A stretch of 64,000 nucleotides of DNA from Eledone cirrhosa (Eukaryota): the NCBI GenBank assembly GCA_964016885.1, contig OZ024760.1, positions 22,754,001 through 22,818,000 of the forward strand. The letters are read 5' to 3'. The position numbers were made by a program, and so were the translations under genes. The notes beneath the pieces were generated by a model. That model was not told the origin of the DNA. It ran no database searches and saw only the letters and a list, made by a program, of their open reading frames with translations. Below, piece after piece: positions 30,228-44,227 of the stretch (position 1 is its first letter; each line of letters begins with the position of its first letter).

Positions 30228-30363
30228 GTAATAATAATAAATTTGAAGACTAAAATCCAAAGAGGGCTCGATAAGGATAAATATATATCAAATATATCAG
30301 AAGATCCCGTTAAGGGTGAAAGCAGTGATTCTTTGCTTAAACTTTAACCTGTTATTTTAATAA

Positions 30364-30367
<4 letters not shown>
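30228..30367. mobile_element. Family E tail joined to an oppositely oriented hammerhead-like segment
   Basis: CAGAAGATCCCGTTAAGGGTGAAAGCAG segment, also present at about 59330-59358. Confidence 0.6.
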
Positions 30368-30415
<48 letters not shown>

Positions 30416-30519
30416 TACAATAACAGAGATAGTTTAAAGCTAATCTCTGACTGGTAACCATCTCACTCAACAAACATTAGGTTATATTTTAATATAAACC
30501 CAATTTAAGTGTTTGGGGT

Positions 30520-30684
30520 GCTGAGGGTAGGATATGCTTTCCAGCATAGTTACGTCCCTTTACGATCTGAGTTCAATTCCCGCCGAGGTTTACTTTGCCT
30601 TTCATCCTTACGGGGTCGGTAAAATAAAGTACCAGTAATGTACTGGGATAATTGCTGGCCTTGTGCCAAAAGTAGAAACAATTA
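30520..30684 (+). mobile_element. SINE family 1
   Basis: B box, central domain and tail. Confidence 0.85.
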
Positions 30685-30714
30685 TGTGGAAAAGCCAGTT
30701 GTATTATTTTACAT

Positions 30715-30838
30715 ATAGTTATGTAATAAACAGCATAATTGCCTTATGTTGTTTATTACATAACTATTAAGCTCTGTTACCTACATAGAGCACTCTTCTT
30801 TCCTGGACTTTCCTGGACTTTCCTGGAACTACTTCATT
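30715..30838 (+). mobile_element. Fold-back element family D (24-bp arms plus tail)
   Basis: Arms 30715-30738 and 30744-30767; tail GCTCTGTTACCTACATAGAGCACTC... Confidence 0.75.
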
Positions 30839-30893
30839 TATATATATATATATAAATATATATAAGTAGTAACACAACAGTTTGTTCACCATA

Positions 30894-30934
30894 CCGAAAA
30901 CAATTGTTTCACCTTACGCGGACCTTCAGCTCGG
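30894..30934 (-). ncRNA. Hammerhead-like core with one core substitution
   Basis: ccgag-CTGAAGG-tCC-gcgtaa-GGt-GAAA-CAATTG-TT-ttcgg; palindromic stem III ACAATTGT. Confidence 0.55.
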
Positions 30935-31002
30935 ATTGGTAATGGTTATACTGAACAACTTCCACCAAACTCGTCCCATGGACTGCCCTTCTAGCGTTCC
31001 AC

Positions 31003-31040
<38 letters not shown>

Positions 31041-31304
31041 TTTCTTACACATCCCTACCTAACATTTAATTTCAAATATACGTTATCTAACCCCAAACAG
31101 ACTGGTAAAATACCATCTTATGTTTTTTTTTGCCAAGTCCCTTTGTCATAACTTTTAGTCCCCTTATTCTTCATGAGTAAAATGGTGTACAGGGATCTCT
31201 GTGTAGAAGCCTGCCGAATGGATTGTCCCTGAATTTCCAAGAAGTAGTCTCACTCCAGGAAAATCTCTCTTCACTCGTTGGAATATCTTTCCTGTAGATG
31301 TTGA

Positions 31305-33690
31305 GTGAGAAACATGTATATTCAGAGAGTAGAATTATATTCCTTGCTATTTCTTCCAGCTCTTCCTTGTTCTGCGTTCATAGGGAGGAACATGTATATT
31401 TAGAGAGTAGAATTATCTTCCTTGCTATTTCTTCCAGCTCTCCTTGTTCTGCGTTCATAGGGAGGAACATGTATATTTAGAGAGTAAAATTATATACCTT
31501 GCTATCTCTTCCAGCTCTCCTTTTTCTGCGTTCATAGGGAGGAACATGTATATTTAGAGAGTAGAATTATATTCCTTGCTATTTCTTCCAGCTCTTCCTT
31601 GTTCTGCGTTCATAGGGAGGAACATGTATATTTAGAGAGTAGAATTATCTTCCTTGCTATCTCTTCCAGCTCTCCTTGTTCTGAGTTCATAGGGAGGAAC
31701 ATGTATATTTAGAGAGTAGAATTATATTCCTTGCTATCTCTTCCAGCTCTCCTTGTTCTGCGTTCATAGGGAGGAATATGTATATTTAGAGAGTAGAATT
31801 ATCTTCCTTGCTATCTCTTCCAGCTCTCCTTGTTCTGCGTTCATAGGGAGGAACATGTATATTTAGAGAGTAGAATTATATTGCTTGCTATCTTTTCCAG
31901 CTCTCTTTGTTCTGAGTTCATAGTGAGGAACATGTATATTAAGAGAGTAGAATTATATTCCTTACTATCTCTTCCAGCTCTCCTTGTTCTGAGTTCATAG
32001 GGAGGAACATGTATATTTAGGGAGTAGAATTATCTTCCTTGCTATCTCTTCCAGCTCTCCTTGTTCTGCGTTCATAGGGAGGAACATGTATATTTAGAGA
32101 GTAGAATTATCTTCCTTGCTATCTCTTCCAGCTCTCCTTGTTCTGCGTTCATAGGGAGGAACATGTATATTTAGAGAGTATAATTATCTTCCTTGCTATC
32201 TCTTCCAGCTCTCTTTGTTCTGAGTTCATAGGGAGGAACATGTATATTCAGAGAGTAGAATTATATTCCTTACTATCTCTTCCAGCTCTCCTTGTTCTGA
32301 GTTCATAGGGAGGAACATGTATATTTAGAGAGTAGAATTATATTGCTTGCTATCTTTTCCAGCTCTCTTTGTTCTGAGTTCATAGTGAGGAACATGTATA
32401 TTCAGAGAGTAGAATTATATTCCTTACTATCTCTTCCAGCTCTCCTTGTTCTGAGTTCATAAGGAGGAACATGTATATTTAGAGAGTAGAATTATCTTCA
32501 TTGCTATCTCTTCCAGCTCTCCTTGTTCTGCGTTCATAGGGAGGAACATGTATATTTAGAGAGTAGAATTATCTTCCTTGCTATCTCTTCCAGCTCTCCT
32601 TGTTCTGCGTTCATAGGGAGGAACATGTATATTTAGAGAGTAGAATTATATTCCTTGCTATCTCTTCCAGCTCTCCTTGTTCTGCGTTCATAGGGAGGAA
32701 CATGTATATTTAGAGAGTAGAATTATCTTCCTCGCTATCTCTTCCAGCTCTCCTTGTTCTGCGTTCATAGGGAGGAACATGTATATTCAGAGAGTAGAAT
32801 TATATTGCTTGCTATTTCTTCCAGCTCTCCTTGTTCTGCGTTCATAGGGAGGAACATGTATATTTAGAGAGTAGAATTATCTTCCTTGCTATCTCTTCCA
32901 ACTCTCCTTGTTCTGAGTTTATAGGGAGGAACATGTATATTTAGAGAGTAGAATTATCTTCCTTGCTATCTCTTCCAGCTCTCTTTGTTCTGAGTTCATA
33001 GTGAGGAACATGTATATTTAGAGAGTAGAATTATCTTCCTTGCTATCTCTTCCAGCTCTCCTTGTTGTGAGTTTATAGGGAGGAACATGTATATTTAGAG
33101 AGTAGAATTATATTCCTTACTATCTCTTCCAGCTCTCCTTGTTCTGAGTTCATAGTGAGGAACATGTATATTTAGAGAGTAGAATTATCTTCCTTGCTAT
33201 CTCTTCCAGCTCTCCTTGTTCTGAGTTCATAGGGAGGAACATGTATATTCAGAGAGTAGAATTCTATTCCTTGCTATTTCTTCCAGCTCTCCTTGTTCTG
33301 CGTTCATAGGGAGGAACATGTATATTTAGAGAGTAGAATTATCTTCTTTGCTATCTCTTCCAGCTCTCCTTGTTCTGCGTTCATAGGGAGGAACATGTAT
33401 ATTTAGAGAGTAGAATTATATTCCTTGCTATCTCTTCCAGCTCTCCTTGTTCTGCGTTCATAGGGAGGAACATGTATATTTAGAGAGTAGAATTATATTC
33501 CTTGCTATCTCTTCCAGCTCTCCTTGTTCTGAGTTCATAGGGAGGAACATGTATATTTAGAGAGTAGAATTATCTTCCTTGCTATCTCTTCCAGCTCTCC
33601 TTGTTCTGAGTTCATAGGGAGGAACATGTATATTTAGAGAGTAGAATTATATTGCTTGCTATCTCTTCCAGCTCTCCTTTTTCGGAGTTC
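31305..33690. repeat. 77-bp minisatellite, about 31 homogeneous units
   Basis: Unit CATAGGGAGGAACATGTATATTTAGAGAGTAGAATTATCTTCCTTGCTATCTCTTCCAGCTCTCCTTGTTCTGCGTT; period measured at 31621, 31698 and 31775. Confidence 0.97.
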
Positions 33691-33818
33691 ACATCCTACT
33701 CAGGCCAACGAGGCTTTTTATTCTTTACTAGAATGATTTTCAACAGACTGACGTGTATGTGTATGTGTATATGTGTGTGCGTGTGAGTATGTCCATATCC
33801 ATATATTTATATGTATGA

Positions 33819-33865
<47 letters not shown>

Positions 33866-34061
33866 AACGTGCAAACACAGACACACTTACAAAAATACAC
33901 ATTCACATATATACATTCATACGAATACACACATACATATATTTACACAAACACACACATACACTCGCACACAGCGTAGTAAATGGGGCACCACCCGCTG
34001 TTTTGCTATAGTTGTTTCACCATCCCCTTCCTTCCTTTTAGACACACATACATTCATACGA

Positions 34062-34093
<32 letters not shown>

Positions 34094-34229
34094 ACTCACA
34101 GACACACACACATTGTGTGACGGACGGAAGTCTCTCAAATTTATACATAGAAGAGGACGATAAACAATCGAATGGTCCAAGGGAGAGAAATCTTCGAATA
34201 TCTAAACAGCCAGAGAGGAGGTTTTATAA

Positions 34230-35557
34230 TGTCATTTACGCTTCTCTGCTTTCTGGGTTCTAATCGTGCCTCTCCTCACAAAGGAAGAAAGAAGAATTGG
34301 TCATATTTCTGCCAGGAGTTTCGGCAGGCCGATAGTATTAATGATAGGAAAGATCCAATCTAAACATAGCCCCCTTAGCCTTATCTGATGATCACCTCCT
34401 TTTCAATTCTGCTTGGAGATGTGAATTTACTGATGTTATGAGCAACGGAAAAGCCCAATTGATGTGTAGTTCTCTTGATTCTATCTGACGTTTAGTACCA
34501 TACGTCTGTGAGGATTCGCAGGCGACAGTTATTATTAGTAATATCATAGTTTTCTGTGTCTGAGCTGACAATCACTTCCTTTTCTTGTTCTGCCAGGGGA
34601 TACGAAATACAGGTAGTATTAGTAATGGGAAAAACCAATGGAAACACAGTTTCCTGTGACTAATCTAAACATCAGCTCCCTTTCCTTTCTGTCAGGAGTC
34701 GCAATGGGCAGATCACACCAGCAATGGAATTATGAATGAAATGACAGCTTCTTTGGTCTTATCTGACGTTCGGCTTCTATCTTTTTTAAGAAATACGAAT
34801 GAAAGATAATATTAGTAATCGCAAGAAAACCAATGGGAACATAGCCTCCTTTGTCGTTTCTGATATATCGTTCCTTTTGTCTCTGTTAGGGACTGCGAAT
34901 GACCGAATGTATTAGCAATGGGAGAAAGACGATTGGAAACAGATCTTTCTTTGTACTACATATTGTCGCAGGCGGAAATGGGTGATAAAATTAGTAATGG
35001 GAGCCAAAAGCCATTGGAAACAGAACTTCCATGGTCCTATCTGATATTTAGCCCTTTTGTTTCTGCAAGGAGTTGCGAATGACTGGTAGTATTAGTAAGG
35101 GGAGAGAAAAACTAATGGAAATGTAGCTTCCTTGGTAAAGGTTTCTGCCGAATTCATCAACCTCAGATCCTTATTATTTCTGCCAGGGGTTGCAAATAAC
35201 TGATAATGTTAGTAATGGGAGACAAAAGCCAATGGAAACAGAGCTTCCAGGGTCCTATATGATGGTCAGTTCCTTTTTATTTCTGCTAGTGATGCGAATA
35301 ACTGGCAGTATTAGTAATGAGAAGAAAACCAATGGAAACATAGCTTCCAGGGTCCTATATGATGTTCAGCTCCTTTGCTTCTGCAAGGTGATCTGAATGA
35401 CAGATGTTATACGGAGTCAATAAAATAAAATACCAGTAATACACAGGGATAGAGGCTGGCTTTGTGCCAAAAGTAGAAACACTTATTAGTAATGAGAAGA
35501 AAACGAATGGATAGATAGCTTCATTGGTCCTATCTCATGTTCAGTTACTTATTATTT
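34230..35557. repeat. Old, diverged ~100-bp tandem repeat
   Basis: Recurrent ATTAGTAATGGGA..AA.CCAATGGAAACA.AGCTTCC..GGTCCTATCTGA..TTCTGC.AGG..TGCGAAT at about 34618, 34811, 34911, 34990, 35091, 35208, 35309 and 35485. Confidence 0.8.
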
Positions 35558-35746
35558 CCGCCAGGGGGTGCGAATGAGACATACTAGTTGAGGGAAAGGT
35601 GTACGTAAAATGATGATGAGGATGATGATGATGATGACATAGCTTCTTTCGTATACGTTTCTGCCAATCCATCAGTCTCAGCTCCATGTTGTTTCCGCCA
35701 GGGGGTGCGAATGAGACATACTAGTTGAGGGAAAAGCGGACGTAAA

Positions 35747-35777
<31 letters not shown>

Positions 35778-36390
35778 CATAGATTCTTTCGTATACGTTT
35801 CTGCCAATCCATCAGCCTCAGCTCCTCGTTGTTTCCGCCAGGGGGTGCGAATGAGACATACTAGTTGAGGGAAAAGCCGACGTAAAATGATGATGATGAT
35901 GATGATGATGATGACATAGATTCTTTCGTATACGTTTCTGCCAATCCATCGGGCTCAGCTCCTCGTTGTTTCCGCCAGGGGGTGCGAATGAGACATACTA
36001 GTTGAGGGAAAAGCCGACGTAAAATGATGATGATGATGATGATGATGATGACATAGATTCTTTCGTATACGTTTCTGCCAATCCATCAGCCTCAGCTCCT
36101 CGTTGTTTCCGCCAGGGGGTGCGAATGAGACATACTAGTTGAGGGAAAAGCGGACGTAAAATGATGATGATGATGATGATGATGACAGCTTCTTTCGTAT
36201 ACGTTTCTGCCAATCCATCAGCCTCAGCTCCTCGTTGTTTCCGCCAGGGGGTGCGAATGAGACATACTAGTTGAGGGAAAAGCGGACGTAAAATGATGAT
36301 GATGATGATGATGACATAGATTCTTTCGTATACGTTTCTGCCAATCCATCAGCCTCAGCTCCTCGTTGTTTCCGCCAGGGGGTGCGGATG
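35558..36390. repeat. Six young 131-140-bp tandem units containing (ATG)n
   Basis: Unit starts at 35558, 35695, 35835, 35972, 36109 and 36241, with a partial unit at 36372. Confidence 0.95.
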
Positions 36391-36711
36391 ACAGATAGTT
36401 TTAATAATGGCAGACAGAAGCCAATAGAAACAATTACCTTGGTTCGATCCGACAATCGGTTTCTTCCTTTCAAGGTAGAATGTTGGAAACTAATTAACAT
36501 CAAGAACACCGCTGATAACGTAACTCCATGTCTTCTAAAAGAACAAAATAAACCCAAGTTTAATTTTGATTACCTTTTCTTGTTTTAGTTTTCTGTCCTC
36601 TGTCGTTGTCTTCGATTATTCAATTATTTTGTACTGTGACAACACAGCCCTACATCCGCACAACACCACAACCCCCTCCACCATCCACTTACACCTGCCT
36701 CTACTGCTACC

Positions 36712-36714
<3 letters not shown>

Positions 36715-36778
<64 letters not shown>

Positions 36779-36796
36779 TATGTATGTATACATATA

Positions 36797-36867
<71 letters not shown>

Positions 36868-37098
36868 ATGTATGTATGTTTACATATTTATGTATATATA
36901 TATATATATGTGTATGTATATGTATGTATATATATATATATGTATGTATATGTATGTATATATATATATATATATGTATGTATATGTATGTATGCATATA
37001 TATATATGTATGTATGTGTGTGTATGTGTGTGCGAGTGTGTGAGTGTATGCATTTATATATATACATATATATATATATATATACTTGTGTATGTGTG

Positions 37099-37159
<61 letters not shown>

Positions 37160-37858
37160 TTATGCTTTCATTTTGGAACTATATTCGACAGTTGGTTTAG
37201 CGTCTCCTCTCCCCCTCTCTGATTCTTATCGTACTCTCCCCTCGTTCTATCACCGTCTCAGTTTCTCAGGCTCTCTCTTTCTCCCTCTCCGTGTGTGTGC
37301 GTGTATATATTCGTGTGTATTTATGTGTGTGTGTCTCAGTATGTGTATGTATGTATATATGTGTGTATTTAAGTGTGTGTATGTGTGTATATATGTGTGT
37401 ATTTATGTGTCTCAGTATGTGTATGTGTGTATATATGTGTGTATTTATGTGTGTGTGTCACAGTATGTGTATGTATGTATATATGTGTGTATTTATGTAA
37501 GGCACGCGTCTATCTGTCTGTCTCTTTCTCTCTCTCTCTCTATATATATATATATGTGTGTGTATCTGTATATGTATGCTTCTATATATGTGTGTATGTA
37601 TGTGTATGTCCCCTGAATCAAGAAGTCTCGCATCTATCTAAATATCTGTTTTTCTCTATATATATGTATGTGTGTGTGTATGTGTATATGTATGTCTCTA
37701 TATAAGTGTATATATATATATATATTTATATATATCTGTATGTGTGTGTGTGTATGTGTATATGTATGTCTCTATATAAGTGTATATATTTATATATATA
37801 TTTATATATATCTGTATGTGTGTGTGTGTATGTGTATATGTATGTCTCTATATAAGTG

Positions 37859-37891
<33 letters not shown>

Positions 37892-38152
37892 CTGTATGTG
37901 TGTGTGTGTATGTGTATATGTATGTCTCTATATAAGTGTATATATCTATCTATATCTGTATGTGTGTGTGTGTGTGTGTATGTGTATATGTATGTCTCTA
38001 TATAAGTGTATATATATATATATATATATCTGTATGTGTCTGTGTGTATGTGTATATGTATGTCTGTATATAAGTGTATATAAATATATATATATTTATA
38101 TATATCTGTATGTGTGTGTGTGTATGTGTATATGTATGTCTCTATATAAGTG

Positions 38153-38185
<33 letters not shown>

Positions 38186-38415
38186 GTGTATATGTATGTC
38201 TCTATATAAGTGTATATATATATATATATATATATATATCTGTATGTATGTGTGTATGACCCCAGAATTTGAAGGCTCGCTTCTCTCTGTTTATTTCTCT
38301 CTCTCTATCTCCAGGCATGTGTGTGTGTGTGTGTGCATCTGTATATATATGTGTGTATATATTCGTGTGTCTATATATATGTGTGTGTATGTTCCCTGAA
38401 TTTGAAGGCTCGCTC

Positions 38416-38452
<37 letters not shown>

Positions 38453-39129
38453 CCTCTCTCTCTCTCCCCCTCTCTCCACTTATATGTGTGTGTATCTGTA
38501 TGTGTATGTATGTATATATATATATATATATGTGTGTCCCCTGAATCTGAAGCCTTTCTCTCTCTCTCTCTACGTATGTGTGTCTATATATATATATGTA
38601 TGTGTGTATATATATGTGTATATATATATATATGTGTGTCCCCTGAATCTGAAGCCTTTCTCTCTCTCTCTCTACGTATGTGTGTCTATATATATATATA
38701 TATGTGTATATATATATGTATATATATATATATATATGTGTGTGTCCCCTGAATCTGAAGGCTCGTTCTAACTGTCAAGTAATTATTAAGTCTTGATTAT
38801 GTTCACATTATTATGTCATACATCCGACAACAAACTAATTGAATTGCAGGAAAAAATAGAGAAATGACGGCCATAATATGACAGCAATAACACATATACA
38901 CATATACATATACACATATACATATGCATATACATACACACAGATGCATACAGATATACACAGATGCATATATATATATATATATGTATATATATATGTA
39001 TATATATATATATATGTGCATATACACATGCATATATATATGCACACATAAACAAACATATACACACATATATATACATATATACATAACACATATACAT
39101 ACATACACATATCCCCCGCCACACACACA

Positions 39130-39177
<48 letters not shown>

Positions 39178-39227
39178 CATAAACATTTTTCACACACACA
39201 TATGTACACTATTATACACACACACAG

Positions 39228-39289
<62 letters not shown>

Positions 39290-41000
39290 CTGTGTGTGTG
39301 TATAATAGTGTACATATGTGTATGTGAAAAATGTTTATGTATGTATATATATATATATGTGGGTGGGATATGTATATATATATATAGATATGTATATATA
39401 CACACACAAAAATAACCATACACGCACACGCAATCACAAACGCACACACACGCAAAATATGCAGAGGGTGAGAGAGATGGAGAAGAAGGAGAACGTGTAA
39501 AACCTAAATACATACACACATACGCACACATACAAACATACACACATATACACACACAAACACACACACCCAGTAACATACACAAAAACGCGCGCCCACA
39601 CCACACGCACATACAAACATATAAACATACTCAGAAACGCATGCGCACACCTCAAACACACTCACGCTTATAGAACCACACTAACACTCAAAAGCGCGCA
39701 TCTGTCACACTCTCACACACCCTGTCACTCTCTCACTCTACCACACTCTCTCTCTCTCACACTGTCTCTCTCTCACTCTGTCTCTCTCTCTCACACTGTC
39801 TCTCTCTCTCACTCTGTCTCTCTCTCTCACACTGTCTCTCTCTCTCACACTCTCTCTCTCTCACACTGTCTCTCTCTCACACTGTCTCTTTCTCACTTTG
39901 TCTCTCTCTCACTCTGTCTCTCTCTCACTCTGTCTCTATCTCACTCTGTCTCTATCTCACTCTCACACACTCTGTTTCTCTCTCACTCTACCACTCTGTC
40001 TCTCTCTCACTCTACCACTCTGTCTCTCTCTCACACTGTCTCTCTCTCTCACACTGACTCTCTCTCACTCTGTCTCTATCTCACTCTGTCTCTATCTCAC
40101 TCTCTCACACTCTGTCACTCTCTCACTCTCACACTGTCTCTCTCTCACTCTCACACTGTCTCACTCTCACTCTCACACTCTCTCTCACACTCTCTCTCTC
40201 ACTCTCACACTATCTCTCTCTCACTCTCACACTGTCTCTCTTACTCTCACTCTCAGTCTCACACTGTCTCTCTTACTCTCACTCTATCTCTCACAATGTT
40301 ACTCTCAATATGTTACTCTCACTTTGTCGCACTCTCTCTCCCTACACTCTCTCACTCCCTACACTCTCTCACACTCACACTCTCTCTCTCACACTCTCTC
40401 TCCTACACTCTCTCTCTCACACTCTCTCTCCTACACTCTCTCTCTCACACTCTCTCTCTCACACACTCTCTCTCCCACACTCTCTCTCCCACACTCTCTC
40501 TCCCACACTCTCTCTCTCTCACTCTCTCTCTCACTCTCTCACTCTCTCACACTCTGTCACACTCTCTCTCTATCACACTCTGTCTCTGTCTCACTCTGTC
40601 TCATCCTCTCTCTCTCTCTCACTCGGTGACACACACTCTCTCACCGTATCACTCTCTCTCACTCTGTCTCTATCTCTCAACTCTGTCACTCTCTTTCTCT
40701 CACTCAATCACACTCCGTCACTCTATCACTCTCCCCCCTTCTTTCACTCTCCCCCACTCTGTCACTCTCCCCACTCTGTCAATCTCTCTCTCATTCTATG
40801 ACTATCCCCCACTGTGTCACTCTCTCCTCTGTGTCACTCTCTCACTCTCTCACTCTGTGTCACTCTCTCACTCTGTGTCACTCTCTCACTCTGTGTCATT
40901 CTCCCCACTCTGTCAATCCCTCTCTCTCTGTCACTCTCCCCACTCTCTCACACGCACACACTCACACACACACTCACTCACTCTCTTTCTCTTTTAATAT
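36715..41000. repeat. Compound microsatellite/minisatellite field ((ATT)n, TA/TG units, CCCCTGAATCTGAAG-cored units, (CT/CA)n)
   Basis: Direct inspection. Confidence 0.9.
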
Positions 41001-41034
41001 ATCCTATTTTCAATTTCTCAAGTCATACTTTCAT

Positions 41035-41170
41035 TGTGGATTGGCAGAATCGGTAGAGGGTCGGACGCCATGCTTTCCAGCATAGTTACGTCCCTTTATG
41101 ATCTGAGTTCAAATCCCGCCGAAGTTGACTTTGCCTTTCATCCTTACGGGGGTCGATAAAATAAAGTACC
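41035..41170 (+). mobile_element. SINE family 1, 5' two-thirds
   Basis: A/B boxes and central domain, cut off by the (CAC/CAT)n field. Confidence 0.85.
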
Positions 41171-42002
41171 ATCATCACTACCACCACCACCATCACCACC
41201 ATCACTACCATCAACATCATCATCATAACCATCACCATCATCACCACCACCACCATCATCACTACCACCACCATCATAACCATCACAACCACCACCACCA
41301 TCGTCACCATCACCATCACCACCACCACCACCATCACCACCACCGCCATAACTATCATCATCATCATAACCATCACAACCACCACCACCATCACCATCGT
41401 CACGATCATCACCACCATCACCACCACCATCATCACTACCACCTCTACCAACATCACCACCACCAACAACATCACTACCACCACCACTGTCACCACCACC
41501 GCCATTACTACCACCTCTACCACCATCACCACCATCACCACCATCACCATCATCATCACCACCGTCACCACCACCGCCATCACTACCACATCTACCAACA
41601 TCATCATCATTACCACCATCACCACCATCACTACCACCACCACTGCCATCACTACCACCCCTACCAACATCATCACCACCACCACCATCATCACTACCAC
41701 CATCACCACCACCATCATTACTACCACCATCACCACCATCACCATCATCACTACCACCACCACCGTCACCACCACCACCATCATCACTACCACCATCACC
41801 ATCATCACTACCACCACCACCACCACCACCATCATCACTACCACCATCATCACCACCACCGTCACCACGACCACCACCATCACTACCACCACCACCATCA
41901 TCACCACCACCATCACCATCATCACTACCACCACCATCGTCACCACCACCGCCACCACTACCACCACTACCAACATCATCATCACCAACATCATCATCAA
42001 CA
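41170..42002. repeat. (CAC/CAT)n trinucleotide field
   Basis: Direct inspection; produces the poly-His/Val/Gly pseudo-ORFs. Confidence 0.95.
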
Positions 42003-42170
42003 TTGTTAACTGTTTTAAGGAAATTCATTTAATTTTTAATCTTCTGTCCAATGATGTCGTGTTTATATAATATTTAGTTTTTAATTTAAATTATTTAATA
42101 TATTTTCTATATTACATTTCTTATATAATGTGGTTAGTAGGAGACTTCGTAGATAATAGTATACATCGTC

Positions 42171-43920
42171 ATTAAAGTGTGGTGGATTGGCAGTATGGGG
42201 AGAGGGTCGGACGCCATGCTTTCTAGCATAGAGTTGCGGCCCTTGCCATTCTGTGTTCATATCCCGTCGAGGTTAACTTTGCCTTTCATCCTTACGGGGT
42301 CGATAAAATAAAGTACCAGTAATACACTGGTTAATTTGCTGGCCTTGTCCCCAAAGTAGAAACAATTAAAGTGTGGTGGTTTGGCAGTATGGGTAGTGGG
42401 TCGGACGCCATGCTTTCTAGCATAGAGTTGCGGCCCTTGCCATTCTGTGTTCAAATCCCGTCGAGGTTAACTTTGCCTTTCATCCTTACGGGGTCGATAA
42501 AATAAAGTACCAGTAATACACTGGGTAATTTGCTGGCCTTGTCCCAAAAGTAGAAACAATTAAAGTGTGGTGGTTTGGCAGTATGGGGAGTGGGTCGGAC
42601 GCCATGCTTTCTAGCATAGAGTTTCGGCCCTTGCCTTTCTGTGTTCAAATCCCGTCCAGTTTAATTTTGCCTTTCATCCTTACGAGTTCGATGAAATAAA
42701 GTACCAGTAATACACTGGATATTTGCTGGCCTTGTCCCAAAAGTAGAAACAATTAAAGTGTGGTGGTTTGGCAGTATCGGTAGAGGGTTGGACGCCATGC
42801 TTTCCAGCATAGTTACGTCCCTTTCCGATCTAAGTTCAAATCCCGCCGAGGTTGACTTTGCCTTTCATCCTTATGGGGTCGATAAAATAAAGTACCAGTA
42901 ATGCACTGGGTAATTGCTGGCCTTGTGCCTAAAGTAGAAACAATTATTAATTGTTTCGGTAGAGAGTCGGACGCCATGCTTTGAAGCATATAGTTACGTC
43001 CCTTTATGATCTGAGTTCAAATCCCGCCGAAGTTGACTTTGCCTTTCATCCTTACGGGGTCGATAAAATAAAGTACCAGTAATGCACTGGGTATTTGCTG
43101 GCCTTGTGCCTAAAGTAGAAACAAGTATTAATTGTTTCTACATCCCTTTACGATCTGAGTTCAAATCCCACCGAGGTTGACTTTGCCTTTCTTCCTTAAC
43201 GGGTCGATAAAATAAAGTACCAGTAATGCACTGGGTATTTGCTGGCCTTGTGCCTAAAGTAGAAACAAGTATTAATTGTTTCTACTTTTGGCACAAGGCC
43301 AGCAATTATTCCAGTGCATTACTGGTACTTTATTTTATCGACCCCGTAAGGATGAAAGGCAAAGTTAACCTCGGCGGGATTGGAACTCAGTCCATAAAGG
43401 GCCGTAACTCTTTGCTGCAAAGCATGGTGTTCGGCTCTCTACCGATACTGCCAATCCAATTATTATTAATCTCTAGGGTGGTGGATTGGCAGAATCGGTA
43501 GAGCGCTGCTCAAAATTATTTGCACTATTTAATTTTGACGCTTTACGCTCCGAGTTCAAATCACGCTTTGACATTGTAAGAATGAAAGTCAAAGCTAACT
43601 CTGGCGGGATTTGAACTCAGAAAGTAAAGGGCCATAACTAGGTGCTGCACCCGAGGTTCTAACGACTCTGTCATTTTTACCAACGGTAATCAAATGCATT
43701 GCGGCATTTAATTACAACCTTTTAAGTCCTTAGTTCAAATTCTACCAAGGTTAGCTTCGCCTTACATCATTACGGGGTCGTTTATATATAGTACCAGTAA
43801 CAAACTGGGGTCATTAAGTTGACATTCATCATACATTTCTCGAATTTGCCTTACACCATTCAGTGATCGATAAGAGAAAGTACCAGTCACCTCAGGATAT
43901 TGATTTAATCGATTTTAATT
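42171..43920. mobile_element. Tandem and inverted array of SINE family 1 (about 10 copies)
   Basis: 194-bp head-to-tail units start at 42171, 42365, 42559 and 42752. Truncated copies run to 43270, an inverted copy spans 43275-43460, and diverged copies follow. Confidence 0.9.
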
Positions 43921-44019
43921 TACTCCGTAATTTTTTTATTGCGCTTGAGCTTATTAGAAACAATTACAGCAGCCACAACAGCAGCAGTTGTAGAGTTAGA
44001 AGCAGTAGTAATAGTACCG

Positions 44020-44058
<39 letters not shown>

Positions 44059-44067
44059 ATAGTACCG

Positions 44068-44103
<36 letters not shown>

Positions 44104-44112
44104 ATAGTACCG

Positions 44113-44151
<39 letters not shown>

Positions 44152-44227
44152 TTGTAGTATAAATAGTAAATTTAGTAGTGGTGTTATTTGTCGATTTTAT
44201 CATTGTTTTGTTTAACATTTCTGCGTA

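Noticed and set aside
31305-33690. 77-bp array as CRISPR or coding repeat
   Set aside because: No unique spacers, and the period is not a multiple of three.
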